A stretch of DNA of 64,000 nucleotides. Source: Octopus sinensis. Its lineage: Eukaryota. A program made the translations under genes and the position numbers. The notes beneath the pieces were generated by a model. That model saw only the letters and a list, made by a program, of their open reading frames with translations, made no database searches and was not told the DNA's origin. Positions 36,236 to 49,865 of the stretch are shown here, one piece after another (the stretch's first letter is position 1; each line of letters begins with the position of its first letter). The stretch covers positions 2,170,001 through 2,234,000 of the forward strand of contig NC_043011.1 of assembly GCF_006345805.1 (NCBI RefSeq), read 5' to 3'.

Positions 36236-36745
36236 ATGTAGTAAGCTGGCCCAAAAACGCTACAAAATGAGGCAGGATAACGAGGCTAAGTTTGTCCACT
36301 GAAGGCTACATGAAATGTACAACCTGAACAGAGCACAGAAATGGTATGAACATGAACCAGAAGGAATCATCAAGAACAAGGAACATAAGATACTGTGGGA
36401 TTTTACAATCTAATGTGACTCCCTAGTAGAGTCTCAGAGACAATATATTATGGTAGATAAAGGAAACCAAAATCATAGATATTGCAATACCTGGAGATGC
36501 ATGCATAAGTGACAAAGAACTAAAAGAGGTCGAAAAGTACAGACTACTAAAAGACGAAATTGCAAGAATGTGGACTATGAAGAGAGTGACTGTCATTCCA
36601 GTAGTTATATGGGAACTTGGAGCACTAGCAAGCAAGTTCGAGAAATGTGTCAAAGAAATTGGTATTGACAAGAGAGTAGAGCAAGCCCCCAAAACTGCTC
36701 TGCTGGGAACAGCAAGGATTTTGAGATTGGTTCTTGGATGTTGAA
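36236..36745 (+). mobile_element. R4/Dong-like element 3' fragment starting at an (AAT)n run
   Basis: CSKLAQKRYKMRQDN…KILWDFTI…KIIDIAIPGD…KEVEKYRLLKDEIARMW…VIPVVI…ALLGTARILRLVL. Confidence 0.85.
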
Positions 36746-36860
36746 TGTCTCCTATGGTAATTAACAACCAAGTATTTTATTGACCTCAAAAGAATGAAGA
36801 GCAAAAGGGCAAAAATTGAGCAGATAGAATTTGAACTCACAATGTAAAGATGGACAAGCT

Positions 36861-36980
36861 GATACTACTACTACTACTACTACTACTACTACAACAACAA
36901 CAACTACTACTACTACTGCTGCTGCTGCTACTACTACTACTACTACTACTACTGATGGTGATGATGATGATGATGATGAT
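36861..36980. repeat. Compound (TAC/AAC/TGC/GAT)n trinucleotide array
   Basis: Directly visible. Confidence 0.95.
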
Positions 36981-37696
36981 TTCTTACAGCTCCAAAGGAG
37001 TAATATGGTCACAAATGGATTCACAATAACACATAACTGGTACTTTTTGGCATCATGCAAAATGAAAGGAAATGTCAACCTTGACTGAATTGTTTTGAGA
37101 ACATGTATTTACAACGTGAAAAGTAAAAGTTAATTTATTTTTATTGCATCAAATTTACTTTCTATGAAGTCATCATTGAAATATTAAACAAGTTAAAAAT
37201 TGTATTAATTAAAATAGAAACTAACTTCAAGATAGAAACCAGTATTATAAATGCTATAATCATTTCAGGTCCTTTTTAAAATTATGAATGCAGAACACAT
37301 ATATTATCTCTCTAGACCCAGCAGTCAATCAACAAATTTCATTTGAGATTTTCTGAAATTAATTCTAAATCTATAAAGTTATTGATTATAGATATATTTA
37401 TCATAGCTAAATCATTAGAATTAGTGGCATTTCAGAGTGAAACAGTTGGGAGAATAGAAATTTAATAGTTTTAATGAGATCATTTGAAGAATAGTATTGA
37501 AATCTCTTTCAAGAATGCAATGAATTTGTCTTTAGAATCTGATTCATATAAAGAAATTATCAGAGCTACAAAAAAATAAGTTTTAACAAATTCACTTTCT
37601 TATTCTAAATATATTCTTTCCTTTTTAATCAAGAAGATAATGATCAAGAATATTTCTGCATGACTTTGAATCCTATCTTTTAATTAATTAGCAATA

Positions 37697-37697
<1 letters not shown>

Positions 37698-37750
<53 letters not shown>

Positions 37751-37777
37751 TATTATTATGATTATTATTATTATTAT
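37698..37777. repeat. (ATT)n microsatellite
   Basis: Directly visible. Confidence 0.95.
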
Positions 37778-38354
37778 GCATTATTTACAAAATATTTTTA
37801 CTTTCTTTCATTGTTTGGGGATGGAAATTTGATATTTAAAATATTCAGTGTATAATTAAAATATTTTCCTCATATGAATAAATAAATACTGGCATTTTGT
37901 AGATTCTGATCTTAAATTATAATGATAATTTTTATTTTAAAGTTACTTTATTTGTGAAGATAAAGCTCTGTAAGCAGAGTAACATAATTTTTATTTCATT
38001 TTTATCATTTTGAGTTCTTATCAGCAGAATATTTTTAATACTTAATGATAATTCTTTTTACAAATGAAATGATGAAATATTTAGAATGTAAGTAAAAGAA
38101 AAAAACTGACAAATAACTGAATTTCTGAAATAAAAGAAGCTGGCACCAGAGATGGAAAACAGGAATTGAAAACCAATTTCTCTAAAGAAACAGAAGTGAT
38201 CAGAGAATCAGTGAAGTCACATTAGAATATTTGTCAATATTTTGTTTTGTGTAAATTTTCCAATAATCACCAATGAATAACTTTTTATTGTAATTTCAAA
38301 ACTAAATTCCATGTCTGTTCACTTATTTCTTTTCTTCAATGAAATATCCAACAG

Positions 38355-38399
38355 TAAAATTACAAATCTTCTATGACTGTGTCCCTGCTTTTGAAATAA
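38355..38399 (+). CDS. Candidate 45-nt host micro-exon (xKLQIFYDCVPAFEIx)
   Basis: Pyrimidine-rich tract and CAG acceptor, GTAACT donor, one open frame; phase 1-1. No protein recognised. Confidence 0.3.
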
Positions 38400-38844
38400 G
38401 TAACTACATTACTCCTCATATACACATGTGCTTTTTGGATCTTAACAAGCAGTTTAAAGTACAAGCAATAAAACTTAAACTTAATTGACAGAAATGATAA
38501 TTTTTTAATACTTCAGAATTAAAGTATCAAAGATATTTTTAATGCACAATATATCTCTGTACAAGTATCAGCACAGTTTAGTAGTCCAACACAATATTTA
38601 TAAGTTTTACTGTGTTACTGCTGCTTGTAGTGATGAGCTAGCTGGGTGGATTAGCTAGTTGTAACACTGTTGACAGTATATAAAATGCTACCCTCCATCC
38701 TCTTTAGTTGTCCTACACACTATTGATTTGGCCAAGTGTGGTTCATTGTGGAAAGACAACTGCATTCATATACAGCATTATTTTTGTAATCACCTTATCA
38801 AAAGTACTAAGGCTTCATATTTCTTCATTAGTTTTTATGGATAA

Positions 38845-39151
38845 CTAGCAGTATCGCCCCGCGTTGCTCGGGTTTGTAAGGGAAATAACTATATAAGCAT
38901 TTTTAGAGAGTTACATCCCTTATATAACCCGAGCAAAAATCATAAAAAATGCGGAAAAATGATGGTAAATTTTTTTTTAAATCGTAGACTCATTGTAGAC
39001 GCGCGCTAATACCCAGAAGGGCTCGATATGAACGACGACTATAAGATACCCGCTTTTGGTTAAACTGCACCGCAAAATGTGGGAGTAGTTAGGAATCTAA
39101 ATCGGAGGAGACAGAGTCTCACACACACAACTTGAATTTTATATATAAAGA
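38845..39151 (-). mobile_element. Non-autonomous Helitron, copy 3 (single internal unit)
   Basis: Same TC start, 3' hairpin and CTAG|T end as the other two copies. Confidence 0.85.
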
Positions 39152-41039
39152 TATTTCTCTGATGACAATGCCAGATGCATTTAGAACTTTGAAATTAGTT
39201 TTCTTTTTCAAACTTGCCTTATAGTATTCAAGGTAATATATAAAAAAATGTGCAGTACTTTCCTCATACAGCCCACATGCGTTGCTTTTTTGTTCCAAAC
39301 CATCTGTTTTGTAAATGGAAAGAATTTAACTTGGAAATTCTTGAAAGAATAACTTATGCAAACAATACAAAAGATAACATTGAGCTTAAGCAAGAATTTT
39401 ATACTATTCTTTTCAATTTTATAAGAAATCGTTCTTACAACTTTATTTTGTATATTTTGTGTGTATGTGTGTGGGTTTTATATTTGTATCATTTCAGTGA
39501 CACGTGCAGCTGCTAATTATTTTCTTTCTACTGACCCTACCTAGCACTTTACTTTGATCACTGCAACAGTGTGTCAAAACTTTTTTATTGTGCTGTTTCT
39601 TCACCCCTACCCACTGTACTTCTCTTGATCAAAGGATTTGAAATTCTGCTACAACAAGAAACTAAAGGCTAAAAACTGTAGGAATCCATTTTATTTCCAT
39701 ATTGAAAGATTAATGACGAAAAGCTGAAAGTGTGATCTGTTGAAAATTCAGTAAGATGTAAGGAATTCCAACAATGGTATTGCAGCAAGTACAGTGACAG
39801 CAGCAGCAGTAGTAGTAGTAGTAGTAGTAGTAGTAAAGCTGAAAAAGAAGAAAACGACAAAGCTGATAAAAAAAAAGAAAAATTGAAATACAAAGTATCA
39901 TAGGAAAGAATTCTAATTTAAAAGTAGTTGGCCAAAAGGTAAATTATCATGGAAGATGATGTTATTAGGAGAATCAATGTGAGGTACTTGAGTATTGATT
40001 TCAAATATCCCACAGTTGCTTCCTGTTTCAGTAACTTCTTTTTTTTTTGTAAATAAAAGTAAAACAAACGATAGAACAATAGTATTATCACTATAGTAGC
40101 AATATAGCAGCAAGAACAGCAGGGGAAAATAAAGGTTAAATTGGATAAAAAGTGGGAAGAATGGAAATTGTGTAAAAAGACATTTGAAACAAAACTTCTT
40201 GTTTCTGTTGAGGAAATGGTTTACTTTACTTGTAGAAATAACTAAGACGATTGCAGCATGATTACAGAAAAAAAAGAAATGACAAAACAAATTTCAATAT
40301 TGGTAAAGATTTCAATACATGAAACAAGTAAATATCTGATGGTTTTACTTCAATTGTTCTTGAAATTAGTTATTTTTACATGCATATATGTATACATTGT
40401 GGTGTATGTTTTACACACACACACACACACACACAAAATACATACACATAATTTTCATCCCAGTTTCTATGCTGATACAGGTTGGACAAATTGGTCTCAA
40501 TAAGTATTTAGGAGTATTGTTCACCTGAGCAGGTCATGGAACCACATCTTTCTCATGTTTCATATTTGACTTGATTTCTTTAGCTGCATACTCTTCCTAA
40601 CACCACCCACTTTACAAAGTGTATTGAGTGCTTCTTTTTTTTTTTTGTTACCAACACTACAAAAGTGTCATATCCTTGAAAAGACTCAAGGCTCCCCACA
40701 ACCTCACCACTTAACAGAATGCACAGCTTGTTTTCCATGTCACTCGGACTAGAGAAGTGAACGGTGTCCTTGGTACGACTAAAGGGTTCTGACAACTTGT
40801 CTCTGCTCACTCTCCAGCCTCTTAAAAGATTAAGAAGCATGAGCATTAGAGGCATGAACGATAGTGAAGGGGAAGCAGTTTGATATTGAGAGTAATAGCA
40901 GTACTCACTATTCTGAGATGATGATAGAGAGATGATAGAAATCTTTGTGAATCAGAAGATGCTGACAGAAGGGAAAAGGATCAAGAGTATAATGGAAGAC
41001 AGAGTGACACGAGACAAGTTTGTATTGCTTTTTGCTGCC

Positions 41040-41420
41040 TACCTATAGCCTGTCTTTCCAAGTCTGTCTTTTAGCCTTCATGGCTTTCTCTACAGAACTA
41101 TTTTATCTCTACGTCAGCCTATTTTTGGTCAGAACCTTGACCCATCCATAGATTAGATCTGCCACACTCAGTAGGTTATCCTGTAGAAAATCCCAGTTGT
41201 CCTCTATGCTATTACTTTCATTCTCCTCTATCTGGTCATCCATATCATTTGATATTCTCTAAATTGCTTCTGGTTGTTTTCTCTTTCAGCTTCCATATTC
41301 TCCTTCACCAGATTGTCTTCTTTACTTCTCTCTATCTAGTGCTTACATTTATCTTATGCTTGGTGGTGCTCTTTCACCAGGAGTAGTCTTAGCATTCACA
41401 GCCATCAGTCTTTATCTTTA
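41040..41420 (-). mobile_element. RTE-clade fragment, EN-RT linker region
   Basis: Minus strand IEDNWDFLQDNLLSVADLIYGWVKV…VEKAMKAKRQTWKD resembles the decayed TWWWN region of RTE ORFs. Confidence 0.55.
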
Positions 41421-41469
41421 CCTAGAAAGAGTGCAGTCTCTCTGGTTACTATCTTCACTTGATTTATAG

Positions 41470-41514
41470 ATTATGGGACAGTTTGATGGATTCTTAAAGT
41501 ACGTGCTGGAGATG
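41470..41514 (+). CDS. Candidate 45-nt host micro-exon (IMGQFDGFLKYVLEM)
   Basis: CTTCACTTGATTTATAG acceptor and ATG|GTAAGG donor. Only frame 0 is open; phase 0-0. No protein recognised. Confidence 0.35.
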
Positions 41515-41525
41515 GTAAGGTAATT

Positions 41526-41945
41526 AAGGCGGCGAGCTGGCAGAAGCGTTAGCACGTCGGGCAAAATGCTTCGCGGTATTTCGTCTGCCAATACGTTCTG
41601 AGTTCAAATTTCACTGAGGTCGACTTTGCCTTTCATCCTTTCGGGGTCGAATAAATAAGTACCAGTTACGCACTGGGGTCGATATAATCGACTTAATCCA
41701 TTTGTCTGTCTTTGTTTGTCTTCTGTGTGTTTAGCCCCTTGTGGGTAGTAAAGAAATAGGTATTTCATCTGTCACTATGTTCTGAGTTCAAATTCCATTG
41801 AGGTCGACTTTGCCTTTCATCCTTTCGGGTCGATTAAATAAGTACCAGTTACACACTGGGGTCGATATAATCGACTTAATCCGTTTGTCTGTCTTTGTTT
41901 GTCCTCTGTGTGTTTAGCCCCTTGTGGGTAGTAAAGAAATAGGTA
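41526..41945 (+). mobile_element. SINE family B, tandem partial dimer
   Basis: A full copy followed directly by a copy starting near the B-box. Confidence 0.9.
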
Positions 41946-41953
41946 AGGTAATA

Positions 41954-42485
41954 CAGGGTGTTCAGGCTAAACTTGACAGCTTGTATAAAGTAAAAAAAAC
42001 ACAATATCCCATCCATAAATAAATTATAAATAGATTATAACTGGGAGATAATGTTTTACTCAAAATAGCTGTAATTAGCTTCCACCATGGCCAGAAGCCA
42101 GCTTTGGAACCTGGTGCATGTGTTCCTTACTGTGTCCCTGGGGAGATCTTTAAATACCTCCTTGATCTTGATCACCAGCTTGGCCTGGGTGCTATAGACA
42201 GAGCAGTTGGTATCTTTCTCAACTGCACCCTACACATAATATTCTATGGGATTACAATTGGGGGAATTACGAAGCCAGAAATTGGGGCTGGTAAAGTTGT
42301 AGAAATTCTCTGACAACTGCTTCTGACTCTGTCTGCAGGTATGGCAAGGAGCTGAATCCTGCTGCCACACATATCTCCTTCCAGCAGCAACCCTCAGCAG
42401 GGACTCATGACAGCATCCAGCAGCTTCATATAGCCATTGAAACTGAGCCTAAGACCCTGTTCAAAGATGTGAGTGATTTCTTGGG

Positions 42486-42490
<5 letters not shown>
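41954..42490 (-). mobile_element. Tc1/mariner DD37D (maT-like) element, 3' end with one TIR
   Basis: TA|CAGGGTG terminus at 41952-41960. Minus strand RRYVWQQDSAPCHT…NFWLRNSPNCNPIEYYV*GAVEK. Confidence 0.8.
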
Positions 42491-42534
<44 letters not shown>

Positions 42535-42540
42535 TACATA

Positions 42541-42945
42541 TATCATCATCATAATGGCTCGGCTTTGCGAACGAAGATCAGGAAGGCTGTCCACGTTGCG
42601 TGCATGCACGCTCATGACTGACAGGTCCGATATGGGAAAGGCAGGTCCATGAGCAGTGTCCACAGACGAAGGTAACATCCGGTGTGGTGTCAGAGGTAGC
42701 TCGTGCATTCCTCCTGCGTCTCTTGTCTTTAAGTGCGTCTCTTCTTTGTTCCTCAAACTTGCTGACTGCGTTGACGATCGTGTGGCACCAGACATCAGGG
42801 TCCACAGCCAGATCTGACCAGCATTGGTGGTTAATATGACATGCTGTTAGAGACTTCTTGGAGGCATTCTTTGCAGCGCTTCCTCAGAGCTCCTCTCACT
42901 CGGTGGCCGGTGGAGAGTTCGCAAAACAGGGCAATCTTTGGAAAA
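42541..42945 (-). mobile_element. BovB-like RTE 3' fragment inside a (TA)n array
   Basis: [22 protein letters not shown]… and FVCGHCSWTCLSHIGPVSHERAC (C-terminal zinc knuckle), with a (GAT)n tail. Confidence 0.85.
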
Positions 42946-42961
42946 TATATACATATGTATA

Positions 42962-42995
<34 letters not shown>

Positions 42996-43023
42996 CATAT
43001 ACATACATATATATATATATACA

Positions 43024-43055
<32 letters not shown>

Positions 43056-45849
43056 CATCATCATCATTTTGATGTCAATTTTTCTTGCATGTAGAGGTGG
43101 GGTTCACTGAGCCTGATTTTTCTATGGTCAGTTTCTCTTCTTCTTGCCAGCTCTCACTTGTTTTCGAGTAAGGATGTATTTCCCCATTGGAAGATATATT
43201 TTCACAGAAGAAACAAACACATGTATGACGGTGATGATTATTTTCACAACTATTAGGCAACGTCAAGGCAAAGAAAACAGTACCCACATGCACTTTTGTA
43301 TTCATACACACACTCACATATGATAGGCTTCTTACAGTTTCTTGGTTGGTTCATGATTGTAGTAGAATACACTTGTCTAAGGTTCCACACAGCAGGCCTG
43401 AATCTGAATTCATGTGTTTGAGAAGTAAATTCTTAAGCAGACAGCTACAGGTGTGTGTGTGTGTTTTGTGTTTGTGAAATACTTAGCCACTTAAATGCAA
43501 ATTCAATCAGTAGATAGTTCCATTGTTCAAACAAATGCTACACACATCGTTGAAGTTGGCAGAAATCAGTTTTCTTTATATCCCACAAACGCAATTGCTG
43601 GGCTCACAAACTTTCTCCTTTGAGAGTTATTTTTTTTCTCTTTCACAAATATATTCAAATTATCGACCATTTCTTCATCTTATTCAGCACCAAACTAATA
43701 CAACTTTTCTCTCCTGTCCTTCCTTTGTGTATGTTTGAGTGTGTGTGTTGAGTATACTTGAGTATTTATCTAATCCACTCTGACTAGTAGAGATCAACTT
43801 GCATTTGTACAGAACTGCCTCCTAGGATACCACTTCAGACTCTCCTAGATTACCACTTCAGACAGTCCTAGATTATCATTTCATATAATTTCAGATCTTT
43901 TTTTTTTATATACTTATTACATACATAATGCATGTGAGTGTATATGTATGTATATTTATAGCTTTTTGGCTTCAAAATCCACCATTATAAAATAATTATT
44001 ATTTCATATTCACTTGAAGTATATAAAAATTCTTGACATCAACAATATACATATAGTGCATGGGTAGCTGTGGGGTAAGAGATTGGCTTCCCAACCATGA
44101 GGTTTTGGGTTCAGTTCCACTGTAGGACACATTTGGTGTTTTCTTTTTTAGCCCCAGGCCAACCAAAGCTCAGTGAGTGGATTTGGTAGATGGAAGCTGA
44201 AAGAAGCCAATTGTATATGTATGTGTGTATAATTGTGTTTGTCTCCCACCATAACATGGCAGTTGGAGTTGATTTCTTTACATCCCCTTAACCCAGTGGA
44301 TTTTCAGTTGTTAAGCCGCACTGATGAGATGACAAGGGACCCTGACACCTGGCTGTGCTTGAGAAGATATGCCAAGCATAGAAGATGGACATTGAATGAT
44401 GATGATGATGATCCATATATATAATATATATGAGTGTGTATGTGTATAAACACACACATAAAAAACAAGTTATTGATAATGGTCATTACATATTTTACTT
44501 TTATTAGAACAAATGTGACTTACAGCTGTTTCCAGCAGTCATTATAGGTATGTTACGGACAGGTTTACTCAGTTGGTCTATTGATCAGTTGAGAAAAATT
44601 GAACAACTTGAAAATATTAACGCTACTTTTGTCAGAACACTGCAGGAATGGTGAGTGCATGGGGAGGGGGAGGAAAAGATGGAAAGATGCAAGTAGAATA
44701 GAGAAAAAGAGGAAGACAGGTTACAGAAGGGTGAAGAGAAGTAAGGAAAGAATAGAGGACGGGGTCACTTAATAGAAGCAGGGGCTTGGGAAAAAAATGA
44801 CAGTCATAAAACGTTAGTGTTTGTCATCAGGTCAACATACATGAACCTATTAGAAATCATTTTTAGGTAAGATATTCTCCAAATGTTGTGTTGGGTATGG
44901 GTCATTTATACACATGTTCAACCAGAGTTTTTAATATTTGGTCATTGGCTTCCTGAGTCAGCCCCTTCCACATGCTCCCTCCACAATTAGAAATTGGGAC
45001 CTCTTGATGCAACTGTCTACATTCATATGCATTACATGTCCATAAACACCCCACACACACATATACTGCATACATAAATATATAAAAATACATACACTCA
45101 CATATATAAACAATATATATATATGTGGTGGGTGGTTGGTATCTGAGAAATTGTATTTCTAGAAAGTTTACTTTGTGGAGCTACTTAAAGTAGCTAAGCA
45201 TATACTTGTGAACTGAAAGATGATTGAAAGTAAGATGCTTATATCAGGGGTTTTTTCTGCACTGCAAGCACTTTTTGCAAATTTTCACATAAATTACATG
45301 AAATCATTTTTCAGACATTACAGGATGCTTACTTGGGCAATCCCTTCAAAGATTTCATGCAAATTTTCTAGTGCAAAGGCAGCATGCTGTAGTCCAATAT
45401 GTGTTATCCTTCAAGAAACCTTTCTTTACTTGAGGAAAAAAATTGTTTTCGGATGAAAATGCATTTAAAGGAAATAATTTCTTTGGTTTGAAGGAAGAGA
45501 GAAAATAGCCTAAGCATGAGAAAAATAGCTGTTGATTTGAAGATTTCCAAGTTTACAGTGGAATATATGTTACAATAAGCCTATAACAGCAGAAGAAGAA
45601 AGAGGAAGGAAAAAGTTGCTTGGGAAGAGATCTGAAAGGTGAATGAAGATTACTGTGTCCTGTGTACTGGCAGCCAGAGAAAAGGTAACAGTATGGAGGG
45701 TGAAGAAGAAATCTGAAATAGATGTAAATATTTGAACAATTTGAAGAATGTTGAAAGAAATTGAGTACACGTATAAAAAGGCAAAGAGGAAAATTCATTT
45801 AAGCAAAAAAATATAAGGAAAGGTTAAATCAAACAAAACTATGATTAAC

Positions 45850-46420
45850 TACTGTTGATTTTACCAAAGTAATTTTTACTGACAAGAATTGATTTAAGTT
45901 TGATGGACCCAACAGCAGATGCGCTTGGTGATACTGAACAAAAGACAGATGGGTGAAGATGGAGTGATGGTATGGGACATAGTCTTTCCAAGTTGATATT
46001 TTTGGTTAGGGTGATTGATAAGAAGGCAGAACAGCATGAGTTACAACCAGCTGTTGCAAACGAGAGCCTTGCTCTGTATTAAAGAAAAAGTAGGAAATAA
46101 TTTTATTCTCCAACAGGATATTTGCAGCATTCATGTGTCAAAAGCAATCAAGGAATGGATGCAAGACATGAAAATAAGTCTACTGGAATGGCTGGTGAGA
46201 TGTCCAAACTTGAACTTAATTGAAGATATATGGGAAATGTTGGCACAGTTTGAGTATGATGGACCAAAAATGACAAGTGTGGTAGAGTTATGGAAGTGGA
46301 TTTTAGGAGCCAAAAGAAGACTGGTAGAAACAAAAAGGGATGTTGCAATGAACATGTTTGTCCAAAACAATGAACAAACAGTGCAAGGGATCAAAAAGAA
46401 AGCCAACTGTTTGGACTACT
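45850..46420 (+). mobile_element. Decayed Tc1-like (DD34E) transposase fragment
   Basis: FTDK…FDGP, then FILQQDICSIHVSK…LLEWLVRCPNLNLIEDIW (QQDN…WPxxSPDLNPIENLW pattern). Confidence 0.75.
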
Positions 46421-46959
46421 GAAGCTGAGTAGTACTGTTCAAAAATTATTGTTACTTGATTTTGATAAAATTCTCATAAAATACTTCTTAAATTGTTACA
46501 TAAGCACTCAGGGAGTGCAATCACAACAGGAATATTATGAACATGTGTACATCATATTATTCTAAAAGTTTGTTAATCACTAAGTTTCTATAAGCACTAC
46601 ATCTCAGGTGTCTGAAAAATATGTGTCATCCCCTTGTATGTGTGTACAGTCATAGCCCATGTTTTGCTGCCATGTACCATAATTGTCTGCATGCAGGCAT
46701 CATACAATCTGCCTTACACTCTGAGGGGGAGGCTCTTGTTACTTATACATACATACACATGCACACACACACACATATATTTATATATATGCATTTTTTT
46801 AATATATAAGTGTGTGTGTATATATATATGTGTGTGTACATATATGTATATATTTGAAGAAGTGTTAGTAATGTGTAAATTCTTTACAAACACATATTAA
46901 GAAGTAATTTTTATGGCGGATATTGTTCATAGTAGAAACTGTTTGAAGATTTTCATTAT

Positions 46960-47458
46960 TTCCAGTTTAGTCCCATATAAAGAATCCTTATTTGCTTTTC
47001 CCGGTTTGATCATTTACTTCCATTATGTTTTGTTGCTTTGAAAACTAGAATAATCTGAATTTTCAATTTGCACAATTGTCTAGATGGTCCTCTATATGGA
47101 ACTTCACGGATTTGTTACTTATGTACCCTAATACAATGCATTCCTTTTGGTCCCCTTTGTCAGATTTGATTCTCATTGCATTGTGGGCAAGTGATGCAGT
47201 AAATGATATATTTTTTTTCGTTTTGTCCCATTTATATACTGTTGTGTCTGGGGAGTCATTTTCTTTTTGTGCCTTATTATTTAACCCAATCACCGGTAAA
47301 ATTTCCACTTTTTTTCTTATTTTTATTGTTCTAAAATAAAAATAAAAGTAAAAATAAAAATAAGAAAAAAAGTGGGAAAAAAGTGGAAATTTTACCGGTG
47401 AGTGTGTTAAATAATACGACACAAAAAGAAAATGACTCTCCCCAGACACAACAGAATA
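46960..47458 (-). mobile_element. PLE GIY-YIG fragment (third lineage) capped by a large inverted repeat
   Basis: Minus strand YIIYCITCPQCNENQI*Q … HLDNCA. Inverted arms of about 82 bp span 47234-47458. Confidence 0.75.
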
Positions 47459-47689
47459 TGCTTCAACACACGAACTCATATAAAGAATCTTGCAAACCAA
47501 ACCCATTTATATAGTTTAAATGCTTACTAAAAATTTTGTTAAAAGGTTTGTGTCATTTTGATTTTTAAAGTTTTCCTTTATATAATTAATAAGTTATGAT
47601 TTAAGGAAACCTTTCTTTGAACTGTATCAAGAATTCTCCCAAAATTGTTGTTAAATATAAGACCTTTATTTGCCGCTATCTAGTTATCT

Positions 47690-48312
47690 AGTTAAAGCTG
47701 TATATGACTATGGTACGTTCACACTTAGGGTTTGCATCACCAATCTGGAACCACTATCTTGCTCAGAATATCACTCTCCTGGAATCTGTTTAGAAGCATG
47801 CTACCAGATGAGCACTTGCTGTCAGGCATCTACCATACTCTGAATGTCTTGCTTCCCTGGGCATGGACACAATAAAGTCCAATGTCTGGGAACTGACTTG
47901 GCAGACATTCACAAGATTATCCAACGTCTTTCCAAAAACAACTTTGGGAACCTTTTTGAATTCCATATGTCTAATACTCATGGACATGCATACAAAATCA
48001 AAAAGACTCCAGTTCCCATGACATTTGGAAACATTTTTTCACATTCAGAATTGCAGAAGCTTGGAATAAACTACCCGCATCAGTTCTTAGCTGTCGAGAC
48101 ACTCCAGCCTTTAAAACTTCCATGCTTCCTGAAATTCACCAACTCCTGTTGCTTCCCTGCTCCCATTTCTTCCCTTTTTCTCTTTCATTAATACTTTTTG
48201 ACTGTTCAATTTCTGTGCATATTTTATGTACTTTTCATGCAGTGTTGATTACTTTTTTTCATGAGTTGTAGTGCACCGGAGCACTGTATACAATAAGTTC
48301 ATTATTATTATG
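47690..48312 (+). mobile_element. CR1-clade LINE 3' end, decayed
   Basis: LASLGMDT…DIHKII…SNTHGHAYKI…AWNKLPASV, with an (ATT)n tail. Confidence 0.8.
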
Positions 48313-48379
48313 TTATAAATATATAAATATGTATGTATATGTATGTATGTGTGTGCGAGTGTGTGTGTGTGCATGTATA

Positions 48380-48675
48380 TGTATATGTGATCGTGATCGT
48401 TACTAAAGTCGCCTTACTGGCACCTGTGCTGGTGGCATGTATAAAAGGATTCAAGTGAGATTGTTGCCAGTACTGCCTGACTGGCCCCCGTGTCGGTGGC
48501 ACGTAAAAAGCACCCACTACACTCTCGGAGTGGTTGGCGTTAGGAAGGGCATCCAGCTGTAGAAACTCTGCTAGGTCAAGTTTGGAGCCTGGTGCAGCCT
48601 TCTGGTTTGCCAGCCCTCAGTCAAAATCGTCCAACCCATGCTAGCATGGAAAGCGGACGTTAAACGATGATGATG
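48380..48675 (+). mobile_element. RTE 3'-UTR-only fragment
   Basis: Matches the 3' UTR and tail of the RTE at 13433-14025. Confidence 0.88.
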
Positions 48676-49215
48676 ATGATATATATATACCCACACACAC
48701 ACATGAACAAGCAGTAGCATGCATATTCATTTATATGTTCTGGTTCTGGCAGATTTGAACGTGATTGTATGTTCATAACACACTTGATTCAATAATATAA
48801 AGGGAGTTTAAGACACTCACCGCTTCGGCATCAGTATGTCGCCTCAGCCAGAACTATATTGAACTAATAACTCTAACAAGAGTTTGTGGCTCTAGTTTAA
48901 AAATTCTGCATACAAATTATTTGATGATGCATTCTGACATCTACCTAATGATAATAAATCATCATGGTGAACAGCAAGAATCAGATCGTGATATACATAT
49001 TCATTCTTAATTAACGCTCAAATCTGCTGGAACATATTAAGAATGAACAATGAATATGTATGCCATCTTTCTAATTCTCATTGTTCGTCATGCATATGAC
49101 AATTTACATACATACATACATACGTGCATACATATTTATATATATACACACATACATATACATACATATATATATATATATATATATTATATATACACAC
49201 ATACATATACATACA

Positions 49216-49259
<44 letters not shown>

Positions 49260-49264
<5 letters not shown>

Positions 49265-49415
49265 GGGAGAGTTTACAAAAAAAACAAAAGACGAAGGCAG
49301 GTGGTGTACAAAACAAACAGATGTATTAGTATAACGCTCAAGAATAGAAAAAGTCTTTTACTTTTCGAGCCTACGCTCTTCTACAGAAAGGGACACAGAA
49401 AAAACAAGGAGAGAA
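49260..49415 (-). mobile_element. Short TA-flanked element with a variant hammerhead (family H, copy 1)
   Basis: Homologous to about 52400-52560. Minus strand 49355-49390: CTTT-CTGTAGA-A-GAGC-GTAG-GCTC-GAAA-A-GTA-AAAG. Confidence 0.7.
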
Positions 49416-49865
49416 AATATATATATATATATATCCTTAAATCCTTAAAAAGGTTTCAACCCAAAAGCTGCAGCCATGCTGGGGCACCACCATTGAATGA
49501 GCTACGCTAGTATGTGAAACCACCTCTGATACGTGGCACTTGGTCAACAAGGGAGTTTGATGCCGTTGCCCGCATCTGTGTTTCCTGCCGAGAGGTAGGT
49601 TCATCTGGAACCCCTGACAAGAAGAGATCCAGTTTAGTTTTAAAGAAACCCACATCCACACCATGCAGGTCTCTCAGGCATTTAGGAAGGTTATGCCTAT
49701 ATATATATATATAAAGGGTAAAGAGGATAATAACTTCCTTCAGTCATGAATGACCATGAGATTGCACCTGGAAAGTTCCTCTCCAAGGCACAAGACCAGG
49801 AGTCACCCATGCATACCAGTCTCCTCACTCCACACTACCAATGTTGCCCAAGGGACACCTATATA

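Noticed and set aside
48800-48860. Minus-strand CTGA-GGC…GCC-GAAGCGGT within an imperfect inverted repeat of about 50 bp (48717-49063)
   Set aside because: The core lacks NGA and GAAA is altered; too degenerate to count, though it may be another PLE terminus.
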